IMG/VR virus record: IMGVR_UViG_2778261515_000002
Coordinates: 1 to 8,220 of that record
From: a virus
Taxonomy: Duplodnaviria > Heunggongvirae > Uroviricota > Caudoviricetes
Strand: one strand, 5' to 3'
Length of the DNA stretch: 8,220 bases
Under the pieces are notes generated by a model. It saw nothing but the letters and a program-made list of their open reading frames with translations. It was not told the origin of the DNA and searched no databases. A program made the position numbers and the translations under genes. Each line of letters begins with the position of its first letter. Within the stretch, counting starts at the first letter, position 1. This document shows, in pieces, positions 1 through 6,478 of this stretch.

Positions 1-1
1 A

Positions 2-484
2 TCAGTCTCTCGCTTTTAAAAGCTCCGCCAGCGGATCAACATCATCCGGTCCGGCGGTATTTACTTTCGCCCGGCTTGCCGGTGACATACCAAATTCTGC
101 AAGCATCGCCCGGATCCGCTTCCAGGCATCCGCTTTCATCGCAGCAGCCGGGTGTGCCTTAATCAGCACATCACCGTTCTGCGTTTCCGTGCGGTAGGTA
201 TACCCCTCAACATCGAGTGTTTCGCAGTGATGCCGGTATTCGGTGTAGGCTTCCACCAGTAACTCGAGTGCACGCGCATCAAGCTGAGAAATGATCCCTT
301 CCGCATTCAGTTCTTCCGCCATTCGCCTGAACCAGTACTTCCCCTGCGACCCTAAATGTTGCGGAATTTTAGGGAGACATTTTTCATCCTTTTTAGCGGT
401 TTTTTTTGGGTCTTTAACGGGGCGCTTTGAGGGGTTGCCTCGTATCAAATGCAGGCGTGGCGGGGTTTTCAGGGGTCCTGACAT
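2..484 (-). CDS. Phage terminase small subunit (P27/HK97-type TerS)
   Basis: 160-aa ORF with ATG at 484-482 and TGA at 4-2. Basic N-terminus (KRPVKDPKKTAKK) and a KAHPAAAMK motif resemble P27-family small terminases. Sits directly downstream of an HNH endonuclease gene, as in HK97-like packaging modules. Family assigned from motifs and context, not from a search. Confidence 0.75.
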   Translation of the reverse strand: MSGPLKTPPRLHLIRGNPSKRPVKDPKKTAKKDEKCLPKIPQHLGSQGKYWFRRMAEELNAEGIISQLDARALELLVEAYTEYRHHCETLDVEGYTYRTETQNGDVLIKAHPAAAMKADAWKRIRAMLAEFGMSPASRAKVNTAGPDDVDPLAELLKARD

Positions 485-631
485 AATCGGTTTTACCTAT
501 CAATCATTTAATCACATTCCAAAAAAAAGTTTTCGAACCTGCGGCGATGCGAGGAAAGGTCAGGCGGCGGTACTGAGCAGCCTGGGTTGCAGAAATTTGA
601 CCCGCCCCTCCCCTGCAGGTGAGAACAATTA

Positions 632-982
632 TCAGTTGATACGTTCGCGCGCAGTTTTTGCTTTATGGCAGGGCCAGCACAGACTCTGCAGGTTACTGTC
701 TGCATTCGTGCCACCATGAGCTTTCGGAATGATGTGGTCCACAGTTCTGGCTTCAACGGCTCTCCCATCGCGCAGGCAGTTCTGACACAGATGATTATCA
801 CGCTTCAGTATGCGCGCACGTATGGCATCCCATTTCGAGCCATAGCCACGCTGGTGGCGGCTCAGTCCGCGTTGGTGCTGCACCCAGCCTTCACCCCGAT
901 GTTTATCGCAGTAGCCAGAGCTGTCTGTTGTTGTGCCTGCGCAGCCTCGCTTACGACATGCGCGGGGGATTTGTGGTGGCAT
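632..982 (-). CDS. HNH endonuclease (packaging-associated)
   Basis: 116 aa from ATG at 982-980, with AGGAG about 9 nt upstream (the track ORF starts at an upstream GTG at 1018). Contains CxxC pairs and the HNH core DHIIPKAHGG...N...CWPCHKAK. Stop TGA at 634-632. Confidence 0.8.
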   Translation of the reverse strand: MPPQIPRACRKRGCAGTTTDSSGYCDKHRGEGWVQHQRGLSRHQRGYGSKWDAIRARILKRDNHLCQNCLRDGRAVEARTVDHIIPKAHGGTNADSNLQSLCWPCHKAKTARERIN

Positions 983-1024
983 AGAATTTCGCTCCTCTAA
1001 AAAATATTCTGCTCTCACCGTCGG

Positions 1025-1207
1025 TCAGTTCTGCATACACTGTCGGACACTATCAACAATTTCGCAGACCTGAGAAGCTGTATCGAAAAGCTGGCGCGCC
1101 TTATCCAGGCTGACGCATCCCACCAATAAAAAAGGCACCAGTATCGCTACCAGTGCCCATTTCGCCGCCGTTCGCGGCATTCTATGTGTCCAGTGTTTTC
1201 TGCTCAT
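1025..1207 (-). CDS. Small lipoprotein, possible o-spanin-like lysis accessory protein
   Basis: 60 aa from ATG at 1207-1205 (AGGTG upstream; alternative ATG at 1180). N-terminal signal peptide with lipobox LLVG-C; short Cys-containing mature part. Lies immediately after the endolysin, where Rz1-type lipoproteins sit. No i-spanin partner seen. Confidence 0.45.
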   Translation of the reverse strand: MSRKHWTHRMPRTAAKWALVAILVPFLLVGCVSLDKARQLFDTASQVCEIVDSVRQCMQN

Positions 1208-1221
1208 AACACACCTGGTTA

Positions 1222-1602
1222 TCAGCGTTTCAACTGAAAGTGAGGCCCGTCTTTCAGTGTTTTCCAGTCCCCGCCCCATTCGATGGCAGTTCCCAGCTCT
1301 GCGGCAGCCTGCTTAAATGCCTGTGCGATTTTCTCGTACAGAGGCCAGTCCCATGACACCTGGCTGCCAACATAAGCCACAACATCCACCGCATCACCTG
1401 TAAGGTGGCGGCTGTTCATGGTCTGGCTTTTCCCTGCCGCTACCAGCTGTTTCTGGCGATACTTACTGCGCAGACCTTCCGTGATACCAAAATCAACCTC
1501 CGTCAGCTCCAGCGCACGGCGAACGACAGCAACCAGCTGTGGTTTGACGCCCTCCAGATTTTTTTCACTGCGACGGCTGAATCTGAATTTACCCGGCATC
1601 AT
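1222..1602 (-). CDS. Endolysin, peptidase M15 family (L-alanyl-D-glutamate peptidase type)
   Basis: Track ORF starts at GTG 1608; in-frame ATGs at 1602 and 1599 follow AGGTGA, and 1599 has the better spacing. Zn-peptidase motifs SRHLTGDAVD and DGPHFQ are typical of M15 endolysins. Stop TGA at 1224-1222. Confidence 0.8.
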   Translation of the reverse strand: MMPGKFRFSRRSEKNLEGVKPQLVAVVRRALELTEVDFGITEGLRSKYRQKQLVAAGKSQTMNSRHLTGDAVDVVAYVGSQVSWDWPLYEKIAQAFKQAAAELGTAIEWGGDWKTLKDGPHFQLKR

Positions 1603-1604
1603 AT

Positions 1605-1880
1605 TCACCTCAACAATGGAAAGATTTTTGTGACGTTCCCGCGTGCGCGTATCACCAGCACGCAGAACAGCAGGTTAAAAAACACTTCCAGCCAGCCCGT
1701 TGCTAACGGGCGACCACACAGATAGCTGAGGGGGGCAAAGGCATAAAGCAGCATCAGCAGCCAGGCCAGCCATGACATCAGCGGTTTGTGTCTGGAGTCA
1801 CGACGACGATAAAAAAAGAGCGTCAGCACGATAACCGTGCATAACGCCACATTCAGCAATCCGGGAAGGTTACTTAACAT
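1605..1880 (-). CDS. Small membrane protein (2-3 TMDs), holin-like or antiholin/lysis-timing candidate
   Basis: 91 aa from ATG at 1880-1878 with a strong GGAGGAGG SD 5 nt upstream. Hydrophobic segments LLNVALCTVIVLTLFFY, LMSWLAWLLMLLYAFAPLSYL and WLEVFFNLLFCVLVI, with a basic C-terminus. Its stop (1607-1605) abuts the endolysin start. Overlaps the upstream holin by 11 nt. Confidence 0.5.
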   Translation of the reverse strand: MLSNLPGLLNVALCTVIVLTLFFYRRRDSRHKPLMSWLAWLLMLLYAFAPLSYLCGRPLATGWLEVFFNLLFCVLVIRARGNVTKIFPLLR

Positions 1881-2262
1881 TGCCGCCTCCTCCACCCCGC
1901 AGGCGGGAGAACACACCGGACACCAGTGATGCAATATCCTGCTGGTGGATGAACGACAGAATCTTCACCGACACCACCGATACCAGCACCGCACACAGCG
2001 CATCTGCCGATGTACCGTCATACCCTGTTTTTGATGCAATCCAGGCTGACAGCACGCGCGCCCCCAGCACGCCGATAATGAACGACACAAGAAAATGCGC
2101 CACCACACGCCAGGCTGAAAGCGCCTGCGGCATCGTTGCCACAAATAACGCCCCGGCGAACGCACCAAACACAATCCCGAAATCCGTTCCGGTAAACAGC
2201 CCGAATACCGTCGCCCCGCCGAGCGCCGCAGCCGTGCCGGAACCGGACAAGGGTTCAGACAT
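1870..2262 (-). CDS. Phage holin, class I-like (three predicted TMDs)
   Basis: 130 aa from ATG at 2262-2260 with AGGAG about 9 nt upstream (track ORF extends to an upstream alternative start). Three hydrophobic helices and a charged C-terminal tail (SRLRGGGGGNVK). First gene of the lysis cassette. Confidence 0.55.
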   Translation of the reverse strand: MSEPLSGSGTAAALGGATVFGLFTGTDFGIVFGAFAGALFVATMPQALSAWRVVAHFLVSFIIGVLGARVLSAWIASKTGYDGTSADALCAVLVSVVSVKILSFIHQQDIASLVSGVFSRLRGGGGGNVK

Positions 2263-2276
2263 ACTTTTTTCTCCTG

Positions 2277-2303
2277 TAAATAAAAAAGGGCCACCAGCGG
2301 CCC
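2277..2303 (-). terminator. Intrinsic terminator immediately upstream of the holin gene
   Basis: On the minus strand the hairpin GGGCC-GCTGGT-GGCCC (2288-2303) is followed by TTTTTTATTT, ending about 15 nt before the holin SD. Confidence 0.5.
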
Positions 2304-2430
2304 GTAAAAAAACACCCGTCAAAGGCACCCGCAGATGCCTTTTGTGTGGCGTTACCTGATGTGATGTGCGCTGGAGGTAGCGCGGAGAAAATGAAATAAG
2401 ACTTACCGGAAATTAAGGTCAATCTGAGGA

Positions 2431-2459
2431 TTTAAACCATTTTTAAAGCTTAGTAATAT
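2431..2459 (+). promoter_or_regulatory. Candidate sigma70 promoter for a plus-strand small transcript
   Basis: TTTAAA (2431-2436), 17-nt spacer, TAATAT (2454-2459). Consensus match judged by eye only. Confidence 0.3.
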
Positions 2460-2465
2460 CAACTC

Positions 2466-2614
2466 GTCTCCGGAAGGAGACCGATACTTATTCTTCTTCA
2501 CGGACTTTGTCCCGCGGCGTTAATCCGACAGCCGCGCTTTTTTTGCGCCATATTCATCGCTGACTTACATGGCATTGCCACACGGACATTATCAGTGTCC
2601 GTGTTTTCTTTTTT
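2466..2614 (+). ncRNA. Candidate small RNA, about 150 nt
   Basis: Bounded by the candidate promoter and a strong plus-strand terminator. Begins with a GGAA tetraloop hairpin GTCTCC-GGAA-GGAGAC (2466-2481). No plus-strand ORF with an SD in between; the interval holds an internal hairpin plus T7 (about 2509-2543). Confidence 0.3.
2581..2614 (+). terminator. Intrinsic terminator (plus strand)
   Basis: Perfect 8-bp stem CACGGACA / TGTCCGTG with 7-nt loop (2581-2603), followed by TTTTCTTTTTT (2604-2614). Confidence 0.6.
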
Positions 2615-2626
2615 CGAATTAAGAAT

Positions 2627-2651
2627 AAAAAAAACCGCCAGATACGGCGGT
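2627..2651 (-). terminator. Intrinsic terminator (minus strand), convergent with the plus-strand terminator
   Basis: On the minus strand the hairpin ACCGCC-GTATCT-GGCGGT (2634-2651) is followed by eight U (plus-strand A-run 2627-2634). Likely ends the tRNA/methylase transcript. Confidence 0.6.
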
Positions 2652-3013
2652 TGGTCAATGCAAGGAATGAATTTTTTAATTGTAATAAAATCGAGGCGTC
2701 GGGTGCCTCCCGAAGTATTCCGTCCTGTATGAATACTGTGGTTTCCCGCTAAACCGACTCTTTTAACCACCCTCGCCCTGAGGAGCGCCCCGATAGTGTT
2801 ATTTACAACACCAGAATGATGCATCACCGACCCTGCCAGGAAATACAAAATCTCCACCAGCAATGCACCATTCTGCTGCCGTAAAAAAATCAGCACTGAG
2901 GCTAACCTGGCCTCAAATCATAGCCAGAGAACAGAATGCTTTTTCAAAACAACCTGCTCCCACGTAATAAAAATACGCCAGTGCTGCAATACAATAAGGC
3001 TTATTTCAAATGC

Positions 3014-3088
<75 letters not shown>

Positions 3089-3094
3089 ATATAG

Positions 3095-3167
3095 TGCCGA
3101 TTACCGGAATCGAACTGGCGACCCGGTGATTACAAGTCAGTTGCTTTGTCTGCTAAGTTAAATCGGC
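3095..3167 (-). tRNA. tRNA-like gene, tRNA-Thr(UGU)-like, non-canonical (possible pseudogene)
   Basis: Reverse complement is GCCGATTTAACTTAGCAGACAAAGCAACTGACTTGTAATCACCGGGTCGCCAGTTCGATTCCGGTAATCGGCA. Perfect 7-bp acceptor stem (GCCGATT/AATCGGC), T-loop TTCGATT, and anticodon loop CTTGTAA (anticodon TGT). But the D and anticodon stems have mismatches, there is an A-C mismatch in the T stem, and the 3' tail is CTA rather than CCA. Lies 6 nt from the tRNA-Gly. Confidence 0.4.
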
Positions 3168-3348
3168 AACGGTTCCTCGGAAAAAATAAAACGACCGATA
3201 TATGCATTATTTCCCTGTCATCTCCTCGGAACCGACTATCGATATTAATGAGGGCAAACACTATTTCAATAAACATAGTGTCAATATTAGTAAATATATG
3301 TATAAATTTCTATCACTCGTGATTGATTACAAATAATCACACACATAT

Positions 3349-4395
3349 TTAACTATTTTCTTTTATTTCGCTTACAGTCTGGTTAAATCTCTCTTCTTCC
3401 AGCTCCACACCTATTGCATGCCGTCCCAGCGATAATGCTGCTTTTATTGTTGATCTCGACCCCATAAAAAAATCAGCAACCAAATCTCCCGGATGGCTGC
3501 TGGCGGTAATTATCTGACGCAACATATCCGCCGGTTTCTCACAGGGATGTTTGCCGGGGTAATACTGCACAGGCTTGTGCGTCCAGACATCCGTATACGG
3601 AACGGCAGCCGATACGGAAAAATAACGCCGCAGAGATTTGTACTCATCCAGCAGGCTGGCATATTGCCGGTTCAGTTCACTGTATGTGCTGACCAGCTGG
3701 TGGTGTGGCTTTTCCAGTTCACCGCGCTGATGTTTTTCTGCTGCAACACGCGCAAACAACGCCTGTAATTTCAGATAATCGCCTTCGTTCGGCAACTGCC
3801 ACTGACTGGTACCAAACCAGTGCGAAGCCATGTTTTTCTTTCCGGTGGCTTCCGCTATCTGTTTTGCCGTTATCCCCAGTGATTCACGCGCATCACGAAA
3901 GTAAGAAATCAGCGGGGCCATGACGTGCTGTTTTAGTTCACGCCCCTTTGCCGCATAGCCGTCATTTTTGGGCAGGTATGGCCCCTGATAATGTTCTGCA
4001 AACAGAATGCGTTCTGTTGCCGGGAAATACGCCCGCAGGCTTTCCTTGTTGCATCCGTTCCAGCGCCCGGACGGCTTCGCCCAGATAATGTGGTTCAGCA
4101 CATTAAAGCGTTCACGCATCATGATTTCGATATCAGATGCCAGGCGATGACCACAGAACAGGTAGAGACTTCCGGCAGGCTTCAGTACCCGCCAGAACTG
4201 CGCCAGACATCGGTCCAGCCATTTCAGGTAATCATCGTCGCCCTTCCACTGGTTATCCCAGCCCTCGGGCTTCACTTTAAAGTATGGCGGGTCTGTGACT
4301 ATCAGATCGACAGAATTTTCCGGTAAGGTCTGGATAAATTCCAGGCAATCAGCGTTGATTAACTCACAACTGGATATTTTTACAGTATTAGTCAT
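3349..4395 (-). CDS. DNA methyltransferase, beta-class (N6-adenine/N4-cytosine family, DPPY motif), no restriction partner in window
   Basis: 348 aa from ATG at 4395-4393. Motif IV (LIVTDPPYF) lies near the N-terminus and the SAM-binding motif I-like segment (DFFMGSRSTIKAA) near the C-terminus; this circular permutation defines beta-class amino-methyltransferases. DPPY rather than SPPY favours N6-adenine. No restriction endonuclease gene is adjacent. Confidence 0.85.
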   Translation of the reverse strand: MTNTVKISSCELINADCLEFIQTLPENSVDLIVTDPPYFKVKPEGWDNQWKGDDDYLKWLDRCLAQFWRVLKPAGSLYLFCGHRLASDIEIMMRERFNVLNHIIWAKPSGRWNGCNKESLRAYFPATERILFAEHYQGPYLPKNDGYAAKGRELKQHVMAPLISYFRDARESLGITAKQIAEATGKKNMASHWFGTSQWQLPNEGDYLKLQALFARVAAEKHQRGELEKPHHQLVSTYSELNRQYASLLDEYKSLRRYFSVSAAVPYTDVWTHKPVQYYPGKHPCEKPADMLRQIITASSHPGDLVADFFMGSRSTIKAALSLGRHAIGVELEEERFNQTVSEIKENS

Positions 4396-4535
4396 AGATC
4401 AATAAGCACTTCTCTGATAGGCTCATACCGCTTTTGCGCAAAGCAGATGGGCCTGAGGTTTGCTTGTGACCCCAACGCATGAGCAGATGGCTGGCAGGTG
4501 CCGCTAACACCCACCAGCCGCCCATTACCACAAAT

Positions 4536-4559
4536 TAAAAAGCCTTCACTGCGGAAGGC
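4536..4559 (-). terminator. Intrinsic terminator after the small HTH gene
   Basis: On the minus strand the hairpin GCCTTC-CGCAGT-GAAGGC (4542-4559) overlaps the stop codon and is followed by TTTTTAATTT. Confidence 0.5.
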
Positions 4560-4743
4560 GTCTGTAACAACCGAACTGATAATCAGCCAGACCTGCCATA
4601 ACAAGCTGGGTCAGTATTAACTGGCAACGTTCGCGTGAAAGGTACGTATTCTGCGCAATTTCCCCGACGGTCGCCGGCTCGGTGACGCTTAATTCATTAA
4701 ACACCACTCTGGCGGTTTCGGTCATATCCTGCTGTTTTAGCAT
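4546..4743 (-). CDS. Small winged-helix DNA-binding protein, FaeA/PapI-like (putative regulator)
   Basis: 65 aa from ATG at 4743-4741 with AAGGGA 7 nt upstream (track ORF starts at an upstream TTG). The segment PATVGEIAQNTYLSRERCQLILTQLVMAGL has the helix-turn-helix pattern of FaeA/PapI-type regulators. Has its own terminator. Family assignment is by pattern recall only. Confidence 0.45.
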   Translation of the reverse strand: MLKQQDMTETARVVFNELSVTEPATVGEIAQNTYLSRERCQLILTQLVMAGLADYQFGCYRRLPQ

Positions 4744-5191
4744 GTCTTTTTCCCTTATTCCGGTTAACGTGACATACCAATAACTCTTGTCGAAAAAGCC
4801 AGCAAGCTGAAAGACCGGTATTCGCAACCACCAGCGCGTTTAACGTACTGCGCCGCTTTTCGGGCATAAAAAACCCCGTTTGGCGGCTGGTTTAAGCTGT
4901 GTGGCAAAGTGACCACTCTTAACATCATATTTAAATTTTTACGTACGTAAACCAGCACGAATTTACATTATAAAATACAAAAACAATAACTTTTCATTAC
5001 ATTTCAGAAGCGCATCTCTCATTACAAAAACATCGTCAATAATTACCAGTACGCATAAACGAGATCTTGATCACACTTTGAACCATTAAATAAACTCCAT
5101 ATCTTGAAATAGCCATACCGATTAGATGTATATTTAGGCCGCAGTGACAATATTTTTTAATAATAGTTCCGAAAAGGACTAAGGATTCACG

Positions 5192-6289
5192 ATGAAAAAA
5201 TTAACAGTGGCAATCTCTGCTGTAGCTGCGTCAGTATTAATGGCGATGTCTGCTCAAGCAGCAGAGATTTATAACAAAGACAGCAACAAACTGGATCTGT
5301 ACGGAAAAGTTAATGCCAAGCACTACTTCTCCTCTAACGATAAACACGATGGTGACAAAACTTATGCTCGTCTGGGCTTCAAAGGCGAAACCCAAATCAA
5401 TGATCAACTGACTGGTTTCGGTCAGTGGGAATATGAATTCAAAGGCAACCGTGCTGAATCTCAAGGTTCTTCCGGGGATAAAACTCGCCTTGCATTCGCT
5501 GGCCTGAAATTCGGTGACTACGGCTCCATCGATTATGGCCGTAACTACGGTGTAGCATACGACATCGGTGCGTGGACTGACGTTTTGCCAGAATTCGGTG
5601 GTGATACCTGGACTCAAACCGACGTATTCATGACTCAGCGTGCAACTGGTGTTGCAACTTACCGTAATAACGACTTCTTCGGTCTGGTTGATGGTCTGAA
5701 CTTTGCTGCTCAGTACCAAGGCAAAAACGATCGTAGCAAGCTCGATAACTATACCGAAGGTAACGGTGATGGCTTCGGTTTCTCTGCTACCTATGAATAC
5801 GAAGGATTCGGTATTGGTGCAACTTATGCGAAATCTGACCGTACCGACACTCAAGTTAATCTAGGGAAAGTTCTTCCTGGAGTATTTGCTTCCGGTAAAA
5901 ATGCAGAAGTTTGGGCCGCTGGTCTGAAATATGACGCTAACAACATTTACTTGGCCACTACCTATTCTGAAACCCAGAATATGACGGTATTTGCTGATCG
6001 CTTCGTCGCTAATAAAGCTCAGAACGTTGAGGCTGTTGCACAATATCAGTTCGATTTTGGGCTGCGTCCGTCCGTGGCTTACCTGCAATCTAAAGGTAAA
6101 GATCTCGGAGTATGGGGCGATCAAGACTTAGTTAAATATGTTGATGTAGGCGCAACCTATTACTTCAACAAAAATATGTCTACTTTCGTTGATTACAAAA
6201 TCAACCTGCTTGACAAAAATGATTTCACCAGAGGTCTTGGTATAAACACCGACGATATTGTTGCTGTCGGTATGGTTTACCAGTTCTAA
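5192..6289 (+). CDS. nmpC: Outer-membrane porin, OmpC/OmpF/PhoE family (prophage NmpC/Lc type)
   Basis: 365 aa from ATG 5192 with AAGGA SD 7 nt upstream; TAA at 6287-6289. Signal peptide [23 protein letters not shown] followed by [16 protein letters not shown], and a C-terminal ...VAVGMVYQF beta-barrel signature. Opposite strand to all phage genes, immediately downstream of Q as in DLP12 and PA-2. Codon usage looks host-optimised. Confidence 0.9.
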   Translation: MKKLTVAISAVAASVLMAMSAQAAEIYNKDSNKLDLYGKVNAKHYFSSNDKHDGDKTYARLGFKGETQINDQLTGFGQWEYEFKGNRAESQGSSGDKTRLAFAGLKFGDYGSIDYGRNYGVAYDIGAWTDVLPEFGGDTWTQTDVFMTQRATGVATYRNNDFFGLVDGLNFAAQYQGKNDRSKLDNYTEGNGDGFGFSATYEYEGFGIGATYAKSDRTDTQVNLGKVLPGVFASGKNAEVWAAGLKYDANNIYLATTYSETQNMTVFADRFVANKAQNVEAVAQYQFDFGLRPSVAYLQSKGKDLGVWGDQDLVKYVDVGATYYFNKNMSTFVDYKINLLDKNDFTRGLGINTDDIVAVGMVYQF

Positions 6290-6310
6290 ATCTTTTTATT
6301 AAAAAAGATA

Positions 6311-6340
6311 TGTTGTGGGAGATATTTATCTCCCACAACA
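6311..6340 (-). terminator. 30-bp perfect palindrome, candidate tR'-type terminator downstream of Q
   Basis: TGTTGTGGGAGATA-TT-TATCTCCCACAACA is a perfect inverted repeat. On the minus strand it is followed by TATCTTTTTTAAT; on the plus strand it is not followed by a U-tract. Lies about 140 nt downstream of the Q stop codon. Confidence 0.45.
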
Positions 6341-6427
6341 TGTGGGTGACGCCCTCACGTCACTGCATTAAGAAAGACATTTTGTCTTTTCTTTTTAACC
6401 TTCTGTTATTTATTACTCTAAACTCTT

Positions 6428-6456
6428 GGGGGCGTTTTTGCGTCCCCTTTTTTATT
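6428..6456 (+). terminator. Intrinsic terminator of the porin gene (plus strand)
   Basis: Stem GGGGGCG / CGTCCCC with loop TTTTTG, followed by TTTTTTATT. Confidence 0.55.
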
Positions 6457-6478
6457 CAATTTTACCAGCAAACGTTAA

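Noticed and set aside
291-1000. Plus-strand and alternative minus-strand ORFs (291-719, 508-801, 665-1000) over the TerS/HNH region
   Set aside because: Antisense or out-of-frame overlaps of the well-supported TerS and HNH genes; no motifs and no SD.
1405-1934. Plus-strand ORFs 1405-1725 and 1418-1633, and the N-terminal extension of the 1605-1934 track ORF
   Set aside because: Shadow frames of the endolysin; the membrane-protein gene has a much better start (ATG 1880 with GGAGGAGG) than the extended ORF.
1880-2359. 159-aa plus-strand ORF (Pro/Thr/Ala-rich)
   Set aside because: Lies entirely antisense to the holin and membrane-protein genes; composition is typical of a shadow frame of a GC-rich membrane-protein gene.
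2498-2896. 132-aa minus-strand ORF in the gap between the tRNAs and the holin
   Set aside because: Begins at GTG, has low-complexity composition, no SD, and reads straight through at least two intrinsic terminators. Treated as non-coding.
2330-3013. Possible stx or other toxin genes, or a third tRNA, in the gap where Stx phages carry stxAB
   Set aside because: No ORF of suitable size or composition and no further T-loop-like (GTTCGA) motif was found; the region is non-coding apart from the candidate sRNA.
3493-4326. Three plus-strand ORFs inside the methyltransferase gene
   Set aside because: Antisense to a long motif-bearing CDS; no independent support.
4392-4958. Minus-strand ORFs 4392-4604 and 4764-4958 flanking the FaeA-like gene
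   Set aside because: 4392-4604 overlaps the regulator's 3' end and terminator in another frame. 4764-4958 lies in AT-rich promoter DNA with no SD. Neither has recognisable features.
5237-6124. Minus-strand ORFs inside the porin gene
   Set aside because: Antisense shadow ORFs of a highly expressed, codon-biased gene.
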